NCBI GenBank assembly: GCA_019752125.1
Contig: JAIEMM010000007.1
Location: 1-61,654 of the forward strand
Origin: Patescibacteria group bacterium
GTDB lineage: Bacteria > Patescibacteriota > Minisyncoccia > Phycocordibacterales > SBAW01
DNA length: 61,654 nucleotides
Direction of reading: 5' to 3'
Part shown: positions 36,871-45,077 of the stretch, one piece after another
How the letters are laid out: each line of letters starts with the position of its first letter
Numbering within the stretch: the stretch's first letter is position 1
Made by a program: the position numbers and the translations under genes
Notes under the pieces: generated by a model
Told to the model about the DNA's origin: nothing
What the model saw: the letters and a program-made list of their open reading frames with translations, nothing else
The model's database searches: none

Positions 36871-36966
36871 AGCTCAGGAAGAGGTTTTTGTTGCAGCATC
36901 CGTTCATGTAGTCCCATATATGGGACCGTTTGCGATACGTGGGAAAGTTGTTAGAATGGGTCTAAG

Positions 36967-38043
36967 ATGGCTGCTAAAAACTACTACGATATACTAGGAA
37001 TCCAGAAGAGCGCAACCAAAGACGAGATCAAGAAGGCGTTCCATAAACTCGCGCACAAACTCCACCCCGACAAAGCGAGCGGTGATGCAGATAAATTTAA
37101 AGAAGTAAGTGAAGCGTACTCAATCTTGAGCGATGAAAAGAAGCGCGCAGAGTACGACTCGTACGGCCGTGTTTTTGGAGGTGGTGGCGCCCCAGGCGGT
37201 GGTGGGTTTAACGCAGGCGGGTTCGACTTCTCACAATTTCAAGATGCATTCCAGGGAGGTTTTGCCGGATTCGATTTTGGCGACATCTTTGGCGAAGCCT
37301 TCGGTGGTGGAGGCAGACAGCGCCTCGGCCGCGATATTTCTATCGACCTCGAACTTTCATTTAAAGAAAGTGTTTTCGGTGTAAAACGCACCGTACTTCT
37401 TGCAAAAACAGCTCAGTGCGAAACATGCAAAGGTTCGGGTGCAGAGCCAGGTAGCAAAATGGAGACGTGCAAATACTGCAACGGTAGCGGCAAACTCCAC
37501 GAAACAACAAACTCATTTTTTGGCCAGATAACGATGCAGAGTCCATGCCGCCACTGCCACGCAAGTGGTAAGGTCCCAGATCAGAAATGTCACACCTGCC
37601 GCGGGGAGGGTGTCTACAAAAAACAAGAAGAGATCGACATCGTCGTACCTCCAGGTATTGAAGGTGGCGAGATGATCCGCCTCACAGGCGCAGGCGAAGC
37701 TGTGCAAGGAGGCTCTTCAGGCGACCTATACGTCAAAGTCCATGTACAAAACGACCCACGTTTTAAGAAAGACGGACAGAACCTCATAACAGAGCTTTCT
37801 ATCAAACTCTCGGATGCGCTTTTAGGTAGCGAATATAAAGTTCAATCGCTCGACGGTGATGAAAATCTTTCAATTCCACCTGGCGTAAACCATGGCGAAC
37901 TTTTGAAAATAAAAGGCAAAGGTGTAGCTAGCACTCAAGGCAAACGTGGCGACCTTATTGTTCGTATCAAAATAAATCTCCCATCAAAAATCTCCCGCAC
38001 TGCAAAAAATTTGATCGAGAAGCTCAAAGAAGAGGGGATATAA
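36967..38043 (+). CDS. dnaJ: Chaperone DnaJ
   Basis: J-domain HPD, G/F-rich linker, four CxxCxGxG-type repeats. Confidence 0.98.
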   Translation: MAAKNYYDILGIQKSATKDEIKKAFHKLAHKLHPDKASGDADKFKEVSEAYSILSDEKKRAEYDSYGRVFGGGGAPGGGGFNAGGFDFSQFQDAFQGGFAGFDFGDIFGEAFGGGGRQRLGRDISIDLELSFKESVFGVKRTVLLAKTAQCETCKGSGAEPGSKMETCKYCNGSGKLHETTNSFFGQITMQSPCRHCHASGKVPDQKCHTCRGEGVYKKQEEIDIVVPPGIEGGEMIRLTGAGEAVQGGSSGDLYVKVHVQNDPRFKKDGQNLITELSIKLSDALLGSEYKVQSLDGDENLSIPPGVNHGELLKIKGKGVASTQGKRGDLIVRIKINLPSKISRTAKNLIEKLKEEGI

Positions 38044-38095
38044 AAAAAATAAAACCCGCATCCAAATTGATGCGGGTCCTTCTAAAATAGTTCTA

Positions 38096-38193
38096 TTAGC
38101 CCTGAGGCTCAGTGATTACGTCGATAGCGTCGGCGTAATCCTTTGCGGCCGCCAGCTTTCGAGTGCTTCGGTAGCCGTTCTCGGTTCAGCCAT
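38096..38193 (-). pseudogene. Mini-ORF cassette with apparent 1-nt frameshift (25 aa as read, 32 aa if restored)
   Basis: TTGACA-17-TAAATT promoter, SD GAAAGGG, terminator 38042-38077; -1 frame gives KLAAAKDYADAIDVITEPQG*. Confidence 0.4.
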
Positions 38194-38317
38194 GACTAGC
38201 CCTTTCATTGCTAGGGTGTGAAGATCAATACAAAAACAATTTACATATTTAATGCTGTTTTGTCAAGTATCTTTAAGCGAAGAAATATCAGAATTTTCTT
38301 GCTATAGTATCTTCATA

Positions 38318-39262
38318 ATGTCAGAAAAAAAGAGACTTTTAACAGGCCTACAATCTAGCGGTGCGCTACATATTGGAAACTATTTTGGTGCGCTTAAGCC
38401 TTTTCTAAATACATACGAAGAGTACGAGAGCTTTTTGATGATCGCAGACTATCACGCGCTTACATCTCTCAAGAACCCTGAGGAACTGAGGCAGAATATT
38501 TATAACGTTGTTCGTGATTATCTAGCCGTTGGTGTTGACCCATCTAAGGCAGTTATCTTCCAGCAGTCTCGTGTTCAAGAACACACAGAACTTGCATGGA
38601 TTTTTGATTGTTTGGTTACCGTCCCGTTTTTGGAACTCGGCCACGCATATAAAGACAAAGTAGCGAAAGGTTTGGAAGCAAACGCAGGGTTGTTTACATA
38701 CCCAATGCTTATGGCGGCAGACATTCTTTTGTATGACACAGATGTCGTGCCAGTAGGGGAAGACCAGCGCCAGCATATTGAATACGCTCGCGAAGCTGCT
38801 AAAAAGTTTAACAACGCATTCGGTCAGACGTTTAAAGAACCTGAAGAAAAAATCCAGAAAGAGATCGCTGTTGTGCCTGGTATTGACGGCAAGAAGATGA
38901 GCAAGAGCTACGGCAATACTATTCCGCTCTTTGGCACAAAAGAAGAAGTATCAAAAGCTGTTATGAGCATCGTTACAGACTCTTCAGGCGAGAGGCCAGA
39001 AAATGTATATGCAATCCATGCACTCTTCCGTTCAGAATCTGAGCTTGGTCCCATATATGAGACCAATGCAGGCAAGTACAAAGTACTTAAAGAGATGCTG
39101 ATTGAAGATATCGAGGCAGTTATTGCACCAATGCGCGAAAAGCGAAATTCTATTACTGACGAGGATGTTAAGAAAGTCATAGAAGAAGGCAGTGCACAAG
39201 CAAAAACTATCGCATCTGCAAAGATGTCAGATGTTCGAAAGAAAGTCGGAGTAAGCCTATAA
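38318..39262 (+). CDS. trpS: Tryptophan--tRNA ligase
   Basis: TGLQSSGALHIGNYFGA, YPMLMAADIL, VPVGEDQRQH, KMSKS. Confidence 0.98.
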   Translation: MSEKKRLLTGLQSSGALHIGNYFGALKPFLNTYEEYESFLMIADYHALTSLKNPEELRQNIYNVVRDYLAVGVDPSKAVIFQQSRVQEHTELAWIFDCLVTVPFLELGHAYKDKVAKGLEANAGLFTYPMLMAADILLYDTDVVPVGEDQRQHIEYAREAAKKFNNAFGQTFKEPEEKIQKEIAVVPGIDGKKMSKSYGNTIPLFGTKEEVSKAVMSIVTDSSGERPENVYAIHALFRSESELGPIYETNAGKYKVLKEMLIEDIEAVIAPMREKRNSITDEDVKKVIEEGSAQAKTIASAKMSDVRKKVGVSL

Positions 39263-39318
39263 AACAGAATCGCTCACCGGGGAGGTCGATGAGCGACTCC
39301 GTTGGTGAGCGATAAGGC

Positions 39319-39537
39319 TTAGTAGACCTGGAAATTGCCGATCTCGTCGAATCTTCTGGCCGCCTCGTTGGCGGGAGCGATGTTCCAGCCGTCGGGCAGA
39401 GTGTCGCCAAAGGCAAGGCCTGAATGGCCCGGAGCTTTGACGAAGATATAGATCCCGTCGGGCTTGCGGCGACGGACAACTCCGCCTTGATCGGTACCCC
39501 ACACAGGGTAGGGATATTCTGCGTTCTGATCGGCCAT
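39319..39537 (-). CDS. Small hypothetical protein (72 aa); accessory cassette
   Basis: TTGACG-18-TATAAT promoter (39615-39586), SD AAGGAGG, long hairpin 39267-39311 downstream. Confidence 0.7.
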   Translation of the reverse strand: MADQNAEYPYPVWGTDQGGVVRRRKPDGIYIFVKAPGHSGLAFGDTLPDGWNIAPANEAARRFDEIGNFQVY

Positions 39538-39666
39538 ATTGGCCTCCTTCTATTTTGTTGAGGGGAACTAGCGAACTACTCGTATATTATATACCACGAA
39601 AGAGTGTTTCGTCAAGTTTATATAAACGAAGCCAGGTAACACTTTTTCTGCTATATTGTGGATAAT

Positions 39667-41004
39667 ATGCAACGGACACTTATAGGCGATTTGGGCGCGC
39701 ACAAAGGAGAAGAGGTAACCATTAAGGGCTGGGTCAGCGTGCGCCGCGACCAGGGCAAGATGGTGTTTTTTGATTTTCGCGATCGCTCGGGAACTGTACA
39801 GGGTGTCGTGCTTCCTCCGCCAGCTGGCGGACTCGCAACTATGGAGATTGCAAAAGAAATTCGCAACGAATATGTCGTTTCAGTAGATGGCAAAGTAAAT
39901 GCCCGCCCAGAAAAAAACGTTAACTCAAAAGTTCAGAACGGTGACATTGAACTTGAAGTAATGGGCATTACTATTTTGGCAAAAGCAGAGCCGCTTCCAT
40001 TCGATATGTCAGTAGATGGCTACAATCTCGACCTCACAACTGAACTCGACCATCGCGCACTTACACTCCGCCACCCACGCCTCCAGGCTATCTTTAAAGT
40101 GCAGGCCGTTATCATCGACTCGTTCCGTGAATACATGAAGTCTCAGGACTTTATGGAATTCCAAGCACCTGCAATTACACCAGCAACCGCAGAAGGCGGA
40201 GCAGAAGTATTCCAAGTTCAATACTTCGACAAGAAAGCATACCTCACACAGTCGCCACAGCTCTACAAGCAAATTGTGATGACTGCGTTTGAACGCGTGT
40301 TCTCAGTAAACAAAGTATTCCGCGCAGAACCATCTGCAACCACGCGCCATATTACAGAAATCGTTTCTCTCGATGCCGAAATGGCATTTATCGAATCGTG
40401 GACGGATGTACGTGATATGTCTGAAGAGACAGTACGTTTTGTACTCCAGCAGGTAGAAAAGAAATGCGCCCGCGAACTCGAAGTGTTGGGTGCAGTACTT
40501 CCAACAATGATAGAAAAGACTCCAACATATTCTCTTACTGAAGCGTTTGCAAAACTCGGTGTTCCAGAAGATAAAGATCTTAATCCAGAACAAGAACGTA
40601 AGCTGTGCGAAATAGTAAAAGAAGAAACTGGTTCTGACTTTGTATATGTCTACGGCTATCCAACAATGAAGAAGCCGTTTTACGTATATCCAAACCCAGA
40701 GAATCCAGAATTTAACGAAGGTATGGACCTTCTATGCCGCGGTGTTGAATGGCTCTCAGGCGGCCGCCGCGTAAACGACTACGCACAGCTTATGCAACAT
40801 GTCGAAAAGTGGGGGATGGATCCTAAGAAAATCGAAATGTTCCTCGAAGCCTTCCGCTATGGCGCACCACCCGAAGGCGGCTTTGCTTTGGGTGCTGAAC
40901 GCATGACCATGCAGATCCTCGGCCTCAAAAACATCCGTGAAGCAACTCTCTTCCCACGCGACATGAACCGCATCGACTTGCCGCTTTCAGAGACTGAGAT
41001 TTAA
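39667..41004 (+). CDS. aspS: Aspartate--tRNA ligase, archaeal-type (likely non-discriminating)
   Basis: OB fold GWVSVRRDQGK, EGGAEVF, QSPQLYKQ, FRAE, GGFALGAER, FPRD; about 445 aa without GAD domain. Confidence 0.93.
   Translation: MQRTLIGDLGAHKGEEVTIKGWVSVRRDQGKMVFFDFRDRSGTVQGVVLPPPAGGLATMEIAKEIRNEYVVSVDGKVNARPEKNVNSKVQNGDIELEVMGITILAKAEPLPFDMSVDGYNLDLTTELDHRALTLRHPRLQAIFKVQAVIIDSFREYMKSQDFMEFQAPAITPATAEGGAEVFQVQYFDKKAYLTQSPQLYKQIVMTAFERVFSVNKVFRAEPSATTRHITEIVSLDAEMAFIESWTDVRDMSEETVRFVLQQVEKKCARELEVLGAVLPTMIEKTPTYSLTEAFAKLGVPEDKDLNPEQERKLCEIVKEETGSDFVYVYGYPTMKKPFYVYPNPENPEFNEGMDLLCRGVEWLSGGRRVNDYAQLMQHVEKWGMDPKKIEMFLEAFRYGAPPEGGFALGAERMTMQILGLKNIREATLFPRDMNRIDLPLSETEI
39816..39831. repeat. 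Perfect 16-bp palindrome TCCGCCAGCTGGCGGA in aspS (PPAGG)
   Basis: Identical copies at 41124 and 43449. Confidence 0.9.
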
Positions 41005-41019
41005 GCCTATAATTAGGCT

Positions 41020-42450
41020 ATGAAATTCCAAACGACTCCTGCAAAGGATGCTATTACTGTTGATTTTATTGAAGGCTCGCTGAATCGTTTTGATGGAAAA
41101 ACTCTCTCTATCGGATATGGTAATCCGCCAGCTGGCGGAAAGCCGCTTAACCGTCGCAAATTTGTTTTGTTTACCCGTAAAGTTGTCTCAACCGCAAAAC
41201 AGAATAAACTAAAAACTATTTCTGTTGATTTTAAGAGTCTGAAATCAATCGCTCCAAAAGATTTCTCTGATGCAGAGGTTGCAAAAGTAGCTGCTACATC
41301 GTTTGTAATGGCGGACTACGAACACAATACATATAAGCGCAAACCAAAGGACGGCTTCGCACGTGTTGAAGTGGTGTGTTTATTGAACGCATCTAAAGAA
41401 GCTATTGAAGGTGCGAAGAAGGGCCACTGGATAGCAGAGGAAGTAAATGCCTGCCGCGAGTTGGCAAACACTCCGGGCGGTGACTTAACTCCGAAACAAT
41501 TTTCTGCACTCGCAAAGAAAACTATTAAGGGTGCAGATACTAAAGTTACTGTACTTGGCCGCAAAGAAATGGAGAAACTCGGCATGGGTGGAGTTGTCGG
41601 CATTGGCAAAGGCTCAGACAATGAGCCGCAGTTTGTTGCCGTTGAATATTGGGGGGCCAGCCCCTCGACAGGCTCGGGGCGATTAAAACCTGTGGTTTTA
41701 ATCGGTAAAGGCGTAACGTTTGACTCAGGAGGCCTTAACTTGAAACCAGGCGACCACATGTACGAGATGCACATGGACATGTCGGGCGGGGCAGCAGTGC
41801 TCTATACCGTTGCGCTCGTAGCAAAACTTAAATTGAAAGCAAACGTTGTCGGCCTTATCCCAACTGTAGAAAATATGCCAGGCCAGCACGCAGTCCGCCC
41901 AGGCGACATGCTCAAGTCTATGTCTGGCCGCCACATTGAAGTACTTAACACAGACGCAGAAGGTCGCGTTATCTTGGCAGACGGTATTACCTACGCGAAG
42001 AAATACAACCCTGCAGTTGTTGTAGATGTTGCAACACTCACTGGTGCGGCACTCACAGCTCTCGGTACCCAGTGTTCAGCAGTAATGACTAACGACCAAA
42101 AGCTTGAAGACACACTTCGCGCGCTTGGAGAAGAGTCTGGCGACTATGTCTGGCCATTCCCAGTCTGGGAAGAATACGAAGCAATGACTAAAGGAATCTT
42201 CGGCGATGTTCCAAACATCTCAACAGACGGAAATAGCCGCTATGGAGGGGTTATTGCAGGAGGCATGTTCCTACATGAATTTGCGAAGGATTTGGACTGC
42301 CCATGGGCCCACATAGACATGGCCCCTCGTATGACATCAACTCCAGGCGAACACCTCGCTAAAGGCGCTGTAGGGGCTCCTGTGCGTCTTCTTTTGGCTC
42401 TTGTAGAACGCTACGCCCTCGGCCATAGCCCTACGGGCGAGGCAAAATAA
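41020..42450 (+). CDS. pepA: Leucyl aminopeptidase (M17)
   Basis: GKGVTFDSGG, MHMDMSGGAAV, NTDAEGR, DVATLTGA. Confidence 0.96.
   Translation: MKFQTTPAKDAITVDFIEGSLNRFDGKTLSIGYGNPPAGGKPLNRRKFVLFTRKVVSTAKQNKLKTISVDFKSLKSIAPKDFSDAEVAKVAATSFVMADYEHNTYKRKPKDGFARVEVVCLLNASKEAIEGAKKGHWIAEEVNACRELANTPGGDLTPKQFSALAKKTIKGADTKVTVLGRKEMEKLGMGGVVGIGKGSDNEPQFVAVEYWGASPSTGSGRLKPVVLIGKGVTFDSGGLNLKPGDHMYEMHMDMSGGAAVLYTVALVAKLKLKANVVGLIPTVENMPGQHAVRPGDMLKSMSGRHIEVLNTDAEGRVILADGITYAKKYNPAVVVDVATLTGAALTALGTQCSAVMTNDQKLEDTLRALGEESGDYVWPFPVWEEYEAMTKGIFGDVPNISTDGNSRYGGVIAGGMFLHEFAKDLDCPWAHIDMAPRMTSTPGEHLAKGAVGAPVRLLLALVERYALGHSPTGEAK
41124..41139. repeat. 16-bp palindrome copy in pepA (PPAGG)
   Basis: Identical to 39816-39831. 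Confidence 0.9.
41660..41680. repeat. 21-nt hairpin within pepA CDS (SPSTGSGR)
   Basis: GCCCC/GGGGC and CGA/TCG stems in a loop just before the conserved KPVVLIGKG. Confidence 0.55.
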
Positions 42451-42454
42451 AGAA

Positions 42455-42482
42455 GGCGCCCGACGGTAAAACCGTGGGCGCC
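42455..42482. terminator. Hairpin between convergent genes (likely terminator)
   Basis: GGCGCCC-G-ACGG-TAAAA-CCGT-GGGCGCC. Confidence 0.7.
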
Positions 42483-42486
42483 CAAC

Positions 42487-42672
42487 TTAACGAGGATATT
42501 CTTTCTCGATTTCGGCTATTGCTTCGCAGTACGAGCAAAGCTTTTTACCGATTTCAATTTTTTCGTGGCAGCTTTCGCAGCGCACATCATCATCGTTGAA
42601 TTCTTCAAGTTCGGTGTGCTCCGGTTCGTCTTCAACGTCCCAAAGCGTTCCGCTGCAATACAACGTAGTCAT
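42487..42672 (-). CDS. Small acidic zinc-finger-like protein (CxxC...CxxC, 61 aa); accessory cassette
   Basis: CESC/CSYC; SD AGGAGAAGG; TTGACA-17-TATACT promoter (42839-42811). Confidence 0.7.
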   Translation of the reverse strand: MTTLYCSGTLWDVEDEPEHTELEEFNDDDVRCESCHEKIEIGKKLCSYCEAIAEIEKEYPR

Positions 42673-42870
42673 GACCTTCTCCTATATTGGGTTGAACCAA
42701 AATAGAAGCCTACCCGCTTTCTGCACGCACGCAGGGGCAAAGGGTAGAGGATCGGCTCTCGGTCCTGATAGCCCACACAGACCGAAAGATATTTAAAGAA
42801 CGTAAGCTTGAGTATATCTTAAATATTCTATTTTGTCAATAGCCATCTACATAAGGTAAAGTATAAGGGA

Positions 42871-43614
42871 ATGCCGATAAACGTAAAAACTGATGTATTT
42901 GAAGGGCCGCTGGACCTACTTCTTGAGCTTATAGAAAAGCGCAAGCTGCTTATTAACGATGTCTCACTCGCGTCGGTTACTGATGAATACATCGCGCGAA
43001 TCTCAGGGAATGAATTGCCTGTAGGGGAGACAGCTGAGTTCGTTGCACTCGCTGCAACACTGCTTCTTATTAAATCCCGCTCGCTTCTGCCAACTCTCGA
43101 GCTTTCTCCGGATGAGTCAAAAGATATTAAGGAACTTGAATACCGCTTAGCGGTGTACCAACTTATCAAAGAGGCGGCGAGAGGTGTTAGTAGTTCACTA
43201 GAAAACGCTCCGCTCTACGAAGGCAACCCGCCTGCAGTTGAACCAATGTTTTTATTTGATACATCTGCAACATTGGAGTCGCTTCGTGCATCTATTCAAA
43301 AGGTTATAGAAGAATTCCCTGTACAAATTTCTCTACCAAAAGTAGCAGTGAAGAAAATTGTTTCTATTGAAGAAATGATCCAGAAAATGGCGGGCAGAGT
43401 GTCATCTGCATTCAGTGTTTCTTTTAAGGAATTCTCCGGGTTAAACAATCCGCCAGCTGGCGGAAGGGGTGAACATATTAAACATGAAATAATTGTGAGT
43501 TTTCTAGCACTCTTAGAGTTAGTGAAGCAGGGTATAATTAAAGCACATCAGGGCGATCACTTTAGCGACATCACGCTTGAGTCCGATGCTGTATCTACAC
43601 CAACCTATGAATGA
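42871..43614 (+). CDS. scpA: Segregation and condensation protein A (kleisin)
   Basis: FEGPLDLLLELI, AATLLLIKSRSLLP, IIVSFLALLELVK. Confidence 0.95.
   Translation: MPINVKTDVFEGPLDLLLELIEKRKLLINDVSLASVTDEYIARISGNELPVGETAEFVALAATLLLIKSRSLLPTLELSPDESKDIKELEYRLAVYQLIKEAARGVSSSLENAPLYEGNPPAVEPMFLFDTSATLESLRASIQKVIEEFPVQISLPKVAVKKIVSIEEMIQKMAGRVSSAFSVSFKEFSGLNNPPAGGRGEHIKHEIIVSFLALLELVKQGIIKAHQGDHFSDITLESDAVSTPTYE
43449..43464. repeat. 16-bp palindrome copy in scpA (PPAGG)
   Basis: Identical to 39816-39831. Confidence 0.9.
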
Positions 43615-44149
43615 TCTCCAGAGTAAAATTGAAGGGCTACTGTTTGCGCTCGGAAGGCCTGTTTCCTATACAGAACTAGCTAAAATTCTACAAACGGATG
43701 TTGGCACTGTGGCTGAGGCCGTATCTGTCCTTAAAAAAGAGCGGCAAGGCGGCATTGTACTTGTTGACGATGGAAACATGCTTGAACTCCGCACATCACA
43801 AGCCGCCGCTGCGGTTATTGAACAAATTCGCCGCGATGAATATTCTCGCGAGATAGGGAAGGCAGGTTTGGAAACACTTGCAACTGTTATGTATCGCGGA
43901 CCATTATCCCGAAGTGAAATAGATTTTATCCGTGGCGTTAATTCATCCCAAACTCTCCGCACACTTTTGATGCGAGGGCTCGTGCGCCGCATTCCAAACC
44001 CTCGCGATGAACGCTCCTTCCTCTATGAGGTAACAACTGAAGTACTCGCTCAGCTCGGGTTACAAGATCCCCGCGATTTGCCAGACTATACAGACGTGAA
44101 AGAAAAATTATCCGCCCTTGAAGAGTCGTACCGTAATGCAAACGCATAA
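43607..44149 (+). CDS. scpB: Segregation and condensation protein B
   Basis: IEGLLFA, GLETLATVMY..P.SRSEIDFIRGVNS, LY..T..L...GL. Confidence 0.95.
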   Translation: MNDLQSKIEGLLFALGRPVSYTELAKILQTDVGTVAEAVSVLKKERQGGIVLVDDGNMLELRTSQAAAAVIEQIRRDEYSREIGKAGLETLATVMYRGPLSRSEIDFIRGVNSSQTLRTLLMRGLVRRIPNPRDERSFLYEVTTEVLAQLGLQDPRDLPDYTDVKEKLSALEESYRNANA

Positions 44150-45077
44150 CACACATTCTTTTGCATCAGCTGTGGGCGCACTAAGCCTTGTTGCCGTGGC
44201 ATTTGTAAGTGGTGTAGGTGCTGTTTCTCTACTAAACACCATCAATACAAATAGTTCCAATGCCGCGTCAGTTGCGCAAGCATTTTCCAGACCCCTTTCT
44301 GTAGATCCATCTACGCTCACTGCAAAAGCAGCCATAGTGTATGACCCGCAGACACATCGTGTACTGTACGAAAAAAATGGACACGCACTACTACCGCTTG
44401 CGTCGCTTACCAAACTCGTAACTGCAACAGCTATTTTGGACCGAGTAGTGGGCAACCCGACTATAACCATCATTAAAGATGACCTTGTGCAAAATGGTGC
44501 AGAATCTGATGCAGACTTTGCAGCAGGGGACAGGATAAAACTGCATGACCTACTTGAAATAGGCCTCATTGCATCATCAAACAACGCCATCCAGGCTGCA
44601 GCAAGAATGCTCGGGACAAACTACACTGACATTCTTCAGGCAACTGTCTTTGGTTTGGGTATTTCAGATATGGAATTCAATAACGGAACAGGTCTTGATG
44701 TAAACACCTCTACCGCAGGTGCGTACGGCTCGGCATACGACATAGCTCTTATCGCGGCCAACTTCGCCACACAACATCCAGAATATTTTAATCTTACCCA
44801 AAAGCCAGACGTCACCATTCCGGTTGGCTTTGGAGGGACCATACGCGCGCACGCAACTAATCTTCCTCTGCAAGATATGCCTGGCCTTAAAGGCGCAAAA
44901 ACGGGATACACTGAACTAGCAGGCGGCAATATCGTAGCGTTGTTTGATATTGAAGTCGGGCATCCAATTGTTATTGCAGTTCTTGGCTCCACCCAAACGG
45001 CCCGCTTCATCGATACGGAAATTCTTCTAGCCGCCACTCGTGCCAGCTTACACGCACCAGAAACACACACACAATGA
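44136..45077 (+). CDS. D-alanyl-D-alanine carboxypeptidase (peptidase S11)
   Basis: LPLASLTK (SxxK), SSNNA (SxN), AKTGYT (KTG). Confidence 0.92.
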   Translation: MQTHNTHSFASAVGALSLVAVAFVSGVGAVSLLNTINTNSSNAASVAQAFSRPLSVDPSTLTAKAAIVYDPQTHRVLYEKNGHALLPLASLTKLVTATAILDRVVGNPTITIIKDDLVQNGAESDADFAAGDRIKLHDLLEIGLIASSNNAIQAAARMLGTNYTDILQATVFGLGISDMEFNNGTGLDVNTSTAGAYGSAYDIALIAANFATQHPEYFNLTQKPDVTIPVGFGGTIRAHATNLPLQDMPGLKGAKTGYTELAGGNIVALFDIEVGHPIVIAVLGSTQTARFIDTEILLAATRASLHAPETHTQ

